The notes beneath the pieces were generated by a model. That model saw only the letters and a program-made list of their open reading frames with translations. It was not told where the DNA came from and did no database searches. Shown here piece by piece: positions 56,501 through 64,000 of a DNA stretch of 64,000 nucleotides. Position numbers and translations under genes: made by a program. This DNA comes from a phage, in assembly GCA_025829515.1 (NCBI GenBank), contig GCA_025829515.1_4865.1. The stretch is one strand, 5' to 3'. Every line of letters starts with the position of its first letter. The stretch's first letter is position 1.

Positions 56501-57745
56501 GGCACGACCTTTAAAAAGGACCTCGATAAACTGAAGCCAGGTGAGGCACTGTCATTTATTGATGGCTTAGTGCCGGATACCCTGATGGACGATGCTAAGC
56601 GTCAGAACTTCGTTGGGATTCAATTCGGTTCTGCGACCAGTTGTGTTGGCGCAACCACCACACCGTATCGTACCGAGCAAGAAAAGTTCGTGGCACACCG
56701 TACTTCTGTGAAGCACGCACGCGTAATCGATAAACCTGGCAAGATTGTGGAGGTTCTTAACGACCACGTTAAAATCAAATACGACGGAGAGGAAGAAGCT
56801 TTCCCACTGGGCCGTTGGTTCGGTCCGCACGAAGGGACTTACTACCCACACACCCTGGTAACGAAATGGAAGCGCGGAGATAAACTCCCTGCCGGTGCCG
56901 TTATCACGTACAACGAACAACACTTTGAACCAGACATCTACGATCCAACGCAGGTCAGCTTTAAAAACGGGATACTGGCAACTGTCGCTTTGATTGAAGG
57001 GGAAGAAGTAATTGAGGACTCCAACGCCATTAGTGAGCGGTTCGCTGCTAAGGCTGAAGCCGATGTTACCAAACTCAAAGAAGTCACAATGACGTTTACC
57101 CAGAACCTGTTGGAGATGGTAAAAGAAGGGGACCACGTAGACGTGGATTCAATTCTATGCACCTTCACCGACAACCTGACCGGCGATATGAGCGGGTTCA
57201 GTAAAGAAGCAGCGGAAACGCTGCGTGAGTTAAGCTCCTTTGCACCACGCTCTGGTGTTCGTGGGTTTATCGACAAAATCGAAGTGGTTTACCACGGCGA
57301 GGTGGAAGATATGACCCCGTCTTTGGCGGAGATGGTTCGTAAATACGACCGTATACGTCGGAAGACTGCGCTGGCTCTCAAACGTGACGAGCCGAAGGAC
57401 GGTCGAGTCAACGGTGATTTTCGTGTTGAGGGGGTGCCGTTAGCGTACAATAGCCTGTGTGTCCGATTCTACATCACACACCGGGTAGAGATGGCAGCAG
57501 CGGATAAGATGGTTATTGCTAACCAGCTGAAAACGACGGTTCAGGAAGTGATGTATGGAACCAACAAAACGGAAGACGGGCAGGAACTCGACATTATCTT
57601 TGGTCGTGATTCCGTCGACGCACGTATCGTAGGTTCTATCATGCGCATCGGAACCACCAACGCTGTCGGGTATCGTGGTGGGGAGAATATCGGACGCATC
57701 TTAGATGGTGAAGACGTCCCAGCCTTGCCGGCTAAAATCAACTAA
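53543..57745 (+). CDS. multisubunit RNA polymerase beta-like subunit (1400 aa), lacking extreme C-terminal beta region
   Basis: GTWVANGVEYT, REFQPSDLGIVSGNTVDNGDVGITAF, ADKMVIANQLKTTV and EDGQELDIIFGRDSVDARIVGSIM parallel RpoB [46 protein letters not shown] and [25 protein letters not shown] (from memory). Confidence 0.7.
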   Translation: MIFLKQFNQRFTVRKTDEFGRPRIIPLEKLQLPRGSIYHTIDLDQVVLAPPLTTPCFGQLEKPAMIRHHFQLPEDGIIGHPRKKPVVGQERQIFQYHRNNRRIRRMIEDGVVRSDPKVLLIENYTPMLPHYFYPDTLMSWYERLHNIQLLITNQMKTDSREYMRQNYYIIELGNVLPSFDRFKMTYNDRVKTKLERFKDFNLLWLLELFGWVYGDQQATLFDGMDMNQLSRVNFIFTHNGGFTSMNMGVIERMRKSAGGRLTDVQMGRMFYRTLTTVMTTPPSTDYEDDEFVTPEGDERVHLGEDDDAVETVASKPEESLDIVDDEATQSDNVDDTLNDHEFDEKEDLVIEAPKEDVKPTTIVVERTIPHDAVIKQEVERLAEAGRVTAKAYQFLNESSKRFVNLPNPYNPKETYGEGLTIDPKKLEVKAEPKKIERLVTDEAWAENTTDQIIRQYNQEIFPKDILGAVASSQRLGLAIHNHTVEKEISVTGNIEHHTLRIQPIGGEPTTVRFSIPALTEDGTWVANGVEYTMRRQRVDLPIRKVSHDTVALTTAYGKNFVRRSDKVVNDYGRWLTNAIITRAVDPKNTEITDAKLANVFDPLSKLPRQYTEVARRVAAFNAIGYQWSFDIKQKAAFFNEGQLADADRVELVPVAKKPRSHVIVGMDKNSQLYRVDKDKTEPLGTLAEVFGVDTSKAPREMTELSLMGKSISLGFVFAYYLGLTGMLKHFGISYEVLSVGQRIDKGQFDSIIRLQDAKIAIVCENDQQRMIVNGLDRYIKHFTTYTESEVDREDIYLNLLRDADGLTPRYIKELKLMRTAFVDDMHARILRKMGEPETFIGLLERSNELLQTDHTLPEINGDEMMFIGNQRISYHIYTAMVRAMRNYNNAPNSNRKFELTQDMVWGAINSDPSVLLAPGANPVQNIKEKDVVTMGGTGGRNRKTMVYSTREFQPSDLGIVSGNTVDNGDVGITAFATNNPRYDTVDGTTFKKDLDKLKPGEALSFIDGLVPDTLMDDAKRQNFVGIQFGSATSCVGATTTPYRTEQEKFVAHRTSVKHARVIDKPGKIVEVLNDHVKIKYDGEEEAFPLGRWFGPHEGTYYPHTLVTKWKRGDKLPAGAVITYNEQHFEPDIYDPTQVSFKNGILATVALIEGEEVIEDSNAISERFAAKAEADVTKLKEVTMTFTQNLLEMVKEGDHVDVDSILCTFTDNLTGDMSGFSKEAAETLRELSSFAPRSGVRGFIDKIEVVYHGEVEDMTPSLAEMVRKYDRIRRKTALALKRDEPKDGRVNGDFRVEGVPLAYNSLCVRFYITHRVEMAAADKMVIANQLKTTVQEVMYGTNKTEDGQELDIIFGRDSVDARIVGSIMRIGTTNAVGYRGGENIGRILDGEDVPALPAKIN

Positions 57746-57792
57746 TGTAGGGCGGGTCGCTCCCGCCCGGTAAATAAACTCCGGAGTTAATA

Positions 57793-58086
57793 ATGGGAAT
57801 TTTAGATACGCTCAAGCAGCAGCATGGGATTCCGGTGGGCCGTAATAGCACGAATCCGGAAACGGAAGGTTATTCCCCACAGCAACGCATGAACTTTGTT
57901 GTTCTGGGCAATGCGGTTGAATTGGCCACCGAAATTATTCACGGACTGCTGAAGGGCAGCAATGGCCTGTCTGACCGCATGGGCGATCAGCGTTTGCTGA
58001 AACGAGACATCGCTGATATGGTGGGTGCGCGTATTACTGGTCGCATCCAGGATTCTATCAGCACCAAAAACGGGGGTCAGGCATGA
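57793..58086 (+). CDS. hypothetical protein (97 aa)
   Basis: GGAG RBS. Confidence 0.5.
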   Translation: MGILDTLKQQHGIPVGRNSTNPETEGYSPQQRMNFVVLGNAVELATEIIHGLLKGSNGLSDRMGDQRLLKRDIADMVGARITGRIQDSISTKNGGQA

Positions 58087-59558
58087 TCAACTTATATTCA
58101 CTTAATGCTGTCACCAACGCAATGAAACTGGCGAAACAACACCAGGTTCGTTTGGAAGCTGACGTTGACAGTCCTGTTGGTCTACTGACAAAAGCGACTA
58201 CGCAGCAGAGCGTTTTCGATACGCAGATAACCGACGAAGAGTTCTTCCAGTCTCTGCCGGATATCACTGCACTGAAAACGCCGCAGGCCGGTACAGGCGA
58301 AGCGTCTGTAATCGCGGACACGGCAGCGGGTCCAGAAACGCTGAACGTCGAAGACCACGAACCGACACTGTTCGAACTGAAGCGTATGGCTATCCAGCGT
58401 TGTCAGGGTATGCTTGACTTTGCCCGTAACGTTATTCAGCCGTTTGTTCAACTGGTTATCCAAAACAACCAGGGTATTGAAAACCAGGCAGTTAGCGAAG
58501 AATGGGCACTTGTGCCTGCAGGTATGGACCCGGCGCTGAACTCCCCGGTGGTACAGGCATTAATTGATTCGGTAGAAAACCCGCTGGGCAATGGTACTAC
58601 GCACCCTGCAGTTAAAGCCAACGTCCCTGCTGATATCGAACTGCCAGAAACCGGCAGCAAAGCATACGACGATCTGGTTAAAGAACTGTTGAATGCGCTG
58701 GGTTGGAACATCAACGAAGCCGTTCGCAACATGCTCGAAGGGAACATGCTCTCTCCGGTAAGCGACCAGGCACCACACAACCTGAAACGCAACATTCTGT
58801 TTATGCTGCTTTCTGGCTACTACCTGGAAATGCCGTGGAAAGACTCTGGTCTGAATAGCGGGCAGTGGAAAGCACAGATGCTGCCATTGCATTACAGCTA
58901 TATCGGTTGGGTTTACGCCTACACCCAGAACATCGTTACCCGCATCAAGACCGGTAACATTGTCTTCGGATACGACAACGTTGAGAAGAAAGTGTATATC
59001 TGTCAGGAAGTGATGGACGACTATCTGGAAAAAGGCGGTAGCGTTGAAGCGTTACTGGGCGCTATTTACCAGCTGGACGAAGGTGACACCAATGTCTCCA
59101 CGCGTGTAGCTTCACTGTTGGAAAAACAGAAAGACTACATCGCTGCCTGGGGCCACCGTTCTGCGATTCAGCGTGCTAAGCTCGACAGCAATTGGGTAAC
59201 ACGCAATCGCCAGTCACTGAAACAAGCGTTTAACGTGGCCATCGATGCAACCGATCCTGAACTGTTCTGGCGTGGACAGGACGGTCAGGTAGCAACGCCG
59301 GAGTTCGTTAAGAAATCAACGGCAAGCTTCATCGATTCGTTCTTCACAACCGACACCACAGACATCACTGAGTTCGTTATCAAAGTCTCCGCGACTGAGG
59401 TCTTCGGCGAATACGAACTGTCCAAGCTGATGCTGGATATTCATCGTGGCATGATTGCTAACCGTCAACCTGACGAGGTGGCAACCGACTGGATGATTAA
59501 CTACGTCCTGGATTGGATTTGTGGCGGTGTGGTTATTTCTGTACCGAGCAAAGTTTAA
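58083..59558 (+). CDS. hypothetical protein (491 aa)
   Basis: ATGA overlap; long ORF. Confidence 0.6.
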   Translation: MINLYSLNAVTNAMKLAKQHQVRLEADVDSPVGLLTKATTQQSVFDTQITDEEFFQSLPDITALKTPQAGTGEASVIADTAAGPETLNVEDHEPTLFELKRMAIQRCQGMLDFARNVIQPFVQLVIQNNQGIENQAVSEEWALVPAGMDPALNSPVVQALIDSVENPLGNGTTHPAVKANVPADIELPETGSKAYDDLVKELLNALGWNINEAVRNMLEGNMLSPVSDQAPHNLKRNILFMLLSGYYLEMPWKDSGLNSGQWKAQMLPLHYSYIGWVYAYTQNIVTRIKTGNIVFGYDNVEKKVYICQEVMDDYLEKGGSVEALLGAIYQLDEGDTNVSTRVASLLEKQKDYIAAWGHRSAIQRAKLDSNWVTRNRQSLKQAFNVAIDATDPELFWRGQDGQVATPEFVKKSTASFIDSFFTTDTTDITEFVIKVSATEVFGEYELSKLMLDIHRGMIANRQPDEVATDWMINYVLDWICGGVVISVPSKV

Positions 59559-59567
59559 TAAAGAGAG

Positions 59568-60296
59568 GTGGTCGTGAGCGCCATTGAAACAGCACGTCGT
59601 GACGCGACGAAAATTCATGCAGATTTAGTGGACCAAGGCACGGCCACCATCACCAAAGGGGGATGTTATATTTACATCCCTGTTGGCTTCGTGGCTAAAG
59701 AGCTGGCGGTAATTTCTTCGCAAGTCGAAATCGTCGGCATTTTCGCTATCTCCACTGACCGCAAAACCTACGGGGTATCGAACGTCACGACGTTCATTGA
59801 AATTACCCCGTCGGCGTTTGAGGAAATTGATGTTCAGGGCGTGCCGTATTACGAGTTCCGTTTTGACCCCGGCACGGTGGTGTTCCCCAACCGAATGCTG
59901 CAAGTGCTCTCCTCGCCAGTCTACAACATCGCTTCGTACATCTACGACTTCGGAAACCGGCCTTTCTGGTACACCGCAGTAGATGACGCTGAGCTATTGT
60001 CTGACACTAAGACGTGGAACGGCTTTACGGTCTTTAACGACCAGATCACCGCTGACTGTTATGCTGCCCACACACAGCGTAAGGTTGGCGACCCGCGGAC
60101 GTATTTCCGCTACACCCTGAAAAAAGACAGCGATTTGATGAATCGGGTGCGGTTTATTCCGCTGCGTTCAGGTTCATTGAACAAAACTTCCCGGTTGGCC
60201 AAGATTGCAGATGTGGAACTGAAACAGGGTATCCGTTCTGCACTCCAGGTCGATCCGGTACGTGCAGAGCCACTCGAGGATTTGTATATGAGGTAA
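59568..60296 (+). CDS. hypothetical protein (242 aa)
   Basis: AGAGAGG RBS; GTG start at 59568 or 59574. Confidence 0.55.
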   Translation: MVVSAIETARRDATKIHADLVDQGTATITKGGCYIYIPVGFVAKELAVISSQVEIVGIFAISTDRKTYGVSNVTTFIEITPSAFEEIDVQGVPYYEFRFDPGTVVFPNRMLQVLSSPVYNIASYIYDFGNRPFWYTAVDDAELLSDTKTWNGFTVFNDQITADCYAAHTQRKVGDPRTYFRYTLKKDSDLMNRVRFIPLRSGSLNKTSRLAKIADVELKQGIRSALQVDPVRAEPLEDLYMR

Positions 60297-60358
60297 CTGA
60301 GGTAGGGTTATTGTACGTCCCCAATAACCCGCTTCGGTAATAACAACTGGGGAAACCA

Positions 60359-61162
60359 ATGGAAAACTTGTCACTACGTTATAACTGCGTGGCACTCGCT
60401 GGGGTCAATAAAGGGGCAACGCTAAAGAAAGATGCGGACGGGTATTACTACGTCCTGTTAGGTGCACTGAATATTTTCAACTCTGAGAATATTTACTACG
60501 CCTATAACGAGTCAAAACATGTCTTCGAGCGCTCTAACGTTTTCATGCGTAAAGTTTTAGCGGGGAATCTCTTCGGTGAAGAAGACCATCCGCAATACGA
60601 ACAAGGCATGAGCGAAGCCCAGTGGATCGAACGTAACGAATGGATCGAAACGCGTAACGTGTGTATGCACATTCGCGAAGTAGAAGTGAAGCCGACCGAC
60701 CAGATGTGTAACGGTCTGCCGGTGATGGAAATTTGGGGTTGGATTAAACCTAACCGTGAACGTGGTCCGCTTCTGGCGGAAGCACTAGAGAACCCACATC
60801 AGAACGTGTGTTTCTCACTGCGTGCTATCGTTCGCGAAGGTCGTCTGGGTACGACTATCGTACGCCGTATCGATAAACTGGTCACCTTTGACTGGGTTAT
60901 TGAAGATGGCCTGCAAATCTGTAACAAATACTCTGCGATTCAACGCGGTAGTAAAGTGGCACAGGAATCTACTCGCACTTACGTCGACCGCCCTATCAGT
61001 CGTCAAGTGTTGGAAGACATTCTGTACAATCCGACAACGACCAGCGCTGTTGCCACTGAGTCCCGTCGTGGTGCTCTCCAGCAACTCGCGCAGGAATACC
61101 TGCAGCTGGCTCCGAAAGTGTCCAATCTGCGGGTAATGGGCATGGGTGTAAGGAGCTGGTAA
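60359..61162 (+). CDS. hypothetical protein (267 aa)
   Basis: ORF. Confidence 0.55.
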   Translation: MENLSLRYNCVALAGVNKGATLKKDADGYYYVLLGALNIFNSENIYYAYNESKHVFERSNVFMRKVLAGNLFGEEDHPQYEQGMSEAQWIERNEWIETRNVCMHIREVEVKPTDQMCNGLPVMEIWGWIKPNRERGPLLAEALENPHQNVCFSLRAIVREGRLGTTIVRRIDKLVTFDWVIEDGLQICNKYSAIQRGSKVAQESTRTYVDRPISRQVLEDILYNPTTTSAVATESRRGALQQLAQEYLQLAPKVSNLRVMGMGVRSW

Positions 61163-61165
61163 AAA

Positions 61166-61795
61166 ATGGCAGAACATGTCGACCCGTCATTAGAGCGGTG
61201 GTGTGAACGCCAGATGCCGCACGTCGCCAAAAAGTTGACGCTACGTAAACTGACTGAACAGCCGCTGCATTTAAGCAAGTGTAAGATACCGACGTTTTCG
61301 CCGCGTATCCCACTTTCGTGCGCGCCAGATGAAGACAAGACCGTACCCCGGATTTGCTGCTCGGTAGATTTAGAGCGAGCGATTAAGGGTGCACGTCACA
61401 ACTTCTCTGCAATCGAAATACCCACACGATTGTATCTTTACGGTTTTGATGAACGTGATGTAGCGCAGCCTTCGGTCAACCTGACGCAGGAACCGAATCG
61501 GGCGGGTGAAGTATGGATTGTACCGCACCGCATGTCGAACTGGGATATCAAACCGATTTACCTGGGCGAGATGCGGTTGTCAGAACTTCGCAACGGCGGC
61601 CACGTTTTTGTCTATCACTTAAGTTTCGGACAAGATGTGCGCCTGTCTACCAGTCAACTGCTGAAAGCCGGCGAATTTTATCGACTGATTATCAGCGTCA
61701 ACTGGGAGCGCAGTGAAGTTAAGGTCTCGGAGGCGGTCGCCACCGCGCGTACTGCTTTTGATAACGCACTGAACGAATACGTCGTTACACCGTAG
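61166..61795 (+). CDS. hypothetical protein (209 aa)
   Basis: AAGGAG RBS. Confidence 0.55.
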   Translation: MAEHVDPSLERWCERQMPHVAKKLTLRKLTEQPLHLSKCKIPTFSPRIPLSCAPDEDKTVPRICCSVDLERAIKGARHNFSAIEIPTRLYLYGFDERDVAQPSVNLTQEPNRAGEVWIVPHRMSNWDIKPIYLGEMRLSELRNGGHVFVYHLSFGQDVRLSTSQLLKAGEFYRLIISVNWERSEVKVSEAVATARTAFDNALNEYVVTP

Positions 61796-61850
61796 TGCCT
61801 AGTTCGTGGTCTGCAAATCACAACTAAAAACCACTACAGTAGGGGGACGC

Positions 61851-62150
61851 ATGAAGGTCGTTAACATCGCAATACCTCCGACCCTTCGTTGTTTGACGCC
61901 GGAAGAACTGAAAGCGTTAGCGATCTACGCCATCCAAGGAAAGGCTGGTAAGGAAGTGCTTGCCGAAATCTTATCGGAACGTTTTGATACAAAACGCAAG
62001 GTTAATAACATTATCTCCGGAATCGCGTCGCTAGATATCATGGCACTCTATTGCGACATTAAAGAGGCTGGAGTGACAATCGACTATCGCCGTACTTACT
62101 TTCTACTCACTGAGCCATATCGTTCGAATATGGCAATAAAGCAGATGTAA
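61851..62150 (+). CDS. hypothetical protein (99 aa)
   Basis: ATG 61851 with AGGGGGA RBS. Confidence 0.5.
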   Translation: MKVVNIAIPPTLRCLTPEELKALAIYAIQGKAGKEVLAEILSERFDTKRKVNNIISGIASLDIMALYCDIKEAGVTIDYRRTYFLLTEPYRSNMAIKQM

Positions 62151-62203
62151 TTTTTTACATGACGTTGGTTTCATGTGTTGGGGAACAAAATAAGGACAAG
62201 AAA

Positions 62204-62752
62204 ATGTTTTATCTGGATAGCGATGGCGTTTTTGCACGCTGGCGTAAATACGTTTTATCCACACATTTTCCCGGAATGACGATTAAAGAGTTTAACGCAT
62301 TACCTGAACTCCGCCGTCGTAGTTTGGTTCGTTCGATGTATCAGAACGATCCTGACCTGTTTTACAAACTCGAACCAATTGAGGGTGTAGAGCGAATCCT
62401 GGAAACGGTAGATAGACTTTGCGACAGTTGGGCAATACTCACCTCTGGGTCAGAAGATCACTACGACCACCAATTGGTTGTGGATTCAAAACAACGGTGG
62501 TTCATGAAACACTTTGGGGTACCAGCTGACAAAGTCATCGTCACCGAAAGTTCAGGGCAGAAGAAAGCTTACGCCTCGCGAGGTAATTTGCTTGTCGACG
62601 ATTATGGTCGTAACTGTCGAGAATGGATTTTGCAAGGTGGCGCGGCAATATGGTCGCGAACTGAAGAACCGAACATTGATGGCATTTGCCTCCAGTGTGA
62701 AGCGTTCTACAATGACCCGATTAGTCACTCGGGGACACTACTGCAAGTCTAA
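62204..62752 (+). CDS. HAD-like 5'(3')-deoxyribonucleotidase-family protein (182 aa)
   Basis: N-terminal YLDSDGVFARW resembles HAD/NT5C motif I (DxDGV); AAGGA RBS. Confidence 0.45.
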   Translation: MFYLDSDGVFARWRKYVLSTHFPGMTIKEFNALPELRRRSLVRSMYQNDPDLFYKLEPIEGVERILETVDRLCDSWAILTSGSEDHYDHQLVVDSKQRWFMKHFGVPADKVIVTESSGQKKAYASRGNLLVDDYGRNCREWILQGGAAIWSRTEEPNIDGICLQCEAFYNDPISHSGTLLQV

Positions 62753-62761
62753 ACTCCACTA

Positions 62762-62798
62762 GGCTCATCCTATCTTCGGATACGGGTGAGCCTTTTTA
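62762..62798 (+). terminator. rho-independent terminator
   Basis: ggctcatcctatcttcggatacgggtgagcc hairpin + T-run. Confidence 0.6.
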
Positions 62799-62823
62799 AT
62801 TTATTAATTGCATTCAAAAAGAA

Positions 62824-62848
62824 CTGAGATATATATTACTTAGGTGAG
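62824..62848 (+). promoter_or_regulatory. putative phage promoter motif copy (ctgagatatatattacttaggtgag)
   Basis: Contains TATATTAC; 23/25 identical to copy at 5413-5437; upstream of gene 62899. Confidence 0.5.
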
Positions 62849-62898
62849 CGTTACACGTTAACGCTTTAATCGACTATTACCCAGAAGGAGTATTTACA

Positions 62899-63297
62899 AT
62901 GACTAACCAACTACGCCAAGACCCGTTTGTTGCCATGATGCTTTGTGCTAAAGCCGAGAGCAACGAAGCTGATTTAATTCGTCTGTTGACTGATGACGAA
63001 TACCTTATCTCCGAGCGCGATAAACGTTTAAAAGAACTCTACAAGCCAGAAACCGGTGAATCGCTCGGCAATCAAGACGCCTGGAAGTTTCTTATTCTCG
63101 TTGCTGATGAAGAGTGGCGAGCAAAAAATCCCATCGTCTGTGATATTACAGACCTACCGTACAAATACGGCGGACTCATCACTAGCGACCTGCATCTTAA
63201 ACCGTTCTTTGTTGGTAAAGCAATGCAAGAACTGCAAGATGTTCTTGTTACAGCAACGAACACTTTGAGACGTTTGCGCGCTGAGCAGCTAATCTGA
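62899..63297 (+). CDS. hypothetical protein (132 aa)
   Basis: AAGGAG RBS. Confidence 0.5.
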   Translation: MTNQLRQDPFVAMMLCAKAESNEADLIRLLTDDEYLISERDKRLKELYKPETGESLGNQDAWKFLILVADEEWRAKNPIVCDITDLPYKYGGLITSDLHLKPFFVGKAMQELQDVLVTATNTLRRLRAEQLI

Positions 63298-63351
63298 TCT
63301 CTCAAAAATCACGAATCGTACAAATCCTTTGACTGTGTAGGAAGGAATAAA

Positions 63352-63741
63352 ATGAAAATCGCAGAGGGGTTAGTAGATGCGTGCAGAGACCCATTCACGC
63401 TATGGGTTCTTTGTGGCTTACGCCGAGACGATCGTTTCGGTGAGTTTGTTCGAAATCCGGATGCTTTACTAAGCTTCGTAGAAAGCGAGGAGAAGCGTTT
63501 AGAGGAGATTAAAGAGGAAAGTAGTACCCTTACACCAGATATGGTGGTTTATAGCCGTATGACGTCACACAGGTGGCGTACGACCCATCGGCTGAAGGGA
63601 ACCTCAATGAAGGAATTGATTGAAGGGTTATCAAAGGCGCTTTCGTCTGATAACATTATCTGGCCGGTGGTGTATACCAACGAAGACCATTCTGATAACG
63701 TGAAGGTTACACTGACACGTTGTTATCACACATTCTCGTAG
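63352..63741 (+). CDS. hypothetical protein (129 aa)
   Basis: GGAAGGA RBS. Confidence 0.5.
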   Translation: MKIAEGLVDACRDPFTLWVLCGLRRDDRFGEFVRNPDALLSFVESEEKRLEEIKEESSTLTPDMVVYSRMTSHRWRTTHRLKGTSMKELIEGLSKALSSDNIIWPVVYTNEDHSDNVKVTLTRCYHTFS

Positions 63742-63775
63742 TAGTTAATCGACCATTATCGTAAGGAATATTTAC

Positions 63776-64000
63776 ATGCAGGGCACTGAACTCAACAAAC
63801 TTTGGGAAAAACTGGTTCGTCAATTCCGCGACTTCTATCGTTATACCGATAGTGCGCATCGCATGGATCACATCAACTCAGTTAAATCAAATGCGATTCG
63901 TATCGCGTATATGCTTGGGCAAACCGAACACCTGAAGCTGATACTGATTGCGGTAGCAGCTCACGATATCTTCTCTACCAAAGAAGACCGTGCGTCGCAC
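63776..64000 (+). CDS. HD-domain phosphohydrolase-like protein (partial, continues beyond window)
   Basis: AAGGA RBS; SAHRMDH ... VAAHDIF fits H...HD metal-binding motifs; truncated at window end. Confidence 0.4.
   Translation, partial: MQGTELNKLWEKLVRQFRDFYRYTDSAHRMDHINSVKSNAIRIAYMLGQTEHLKLILIAVAAHDIFSTKEDRASH

Noticed and set aside
57749-57767. Hairpin gggcgggtcgctcccgccc after the beta-like gene as terminator
   Set aside because: Stable GC stem but no following T-run; may be an RNA structure but not a classical intrinsic terminator.
58083-59558. 491-aa protein as missing C-terminal beta fragment (KGGSVEALLGAIYQL vs [22 protein letters not shown])
   Set aside because: Similarity is a single short, gapped stretch; too weak without a profile search.
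1-64000. CRISPR array, integrase, transposase, prophage boundaries
   Set aside because: No regularly spaced direct repeats and no recombinase/transposase motifs seen; the dense phage-type gene content argues for a lytic phage genome segment rather than an integrated element.

Overview
This window reads as a dense block of a large lytic (jumbo-type) phage genome with enteric-like codon usage, not a bacterial chromosome segment. Most genes run rightward, separated by many intrinsic terminators, with a few leftward structural-looking operons. The key locus is at 44.7-57.7 kb: a leftward giant 2373-aa protein with an internal lytic-transglycosylase domain sits 30 bp divergent from a 537-aa N-terminal beta'-like fragment (DYDGD motif) and a 1400-aa beta-like subunit of a non-canonical multisubunit RNA polymerase. 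A conserved AT-rich intergenic motif (core cAGAtAGATATTAtC, containing TATATTAC) occurs 8 times, always on the + strand ahead of rightward genes, and is probably the promoter for the phage polymerase. This arrangement matches what I recall for phiKZ-like (nucleus-forming) giant phages. Other recognisable genes: thymidylate synthase with two in-frame insertions, an RNase HI-domain protein coupled to a DEDD exonuclease, a Rad50/SbcC-like ATPase with a CPxC hook, a UvsX/RecA-like recombinase, macro-domain and GNAT-like proteins, a secreted lytic transglycosylase, a spanin-like pair, a run of four signal-peptide proteins and five overlapping tiny membrane ORFs. Most ORFs have no assignable function. 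No rRNA, tRNA, CRISPR array, integrase or transposase was seen by eye. All homology calls rest on motifs compared from memory, not on searches.
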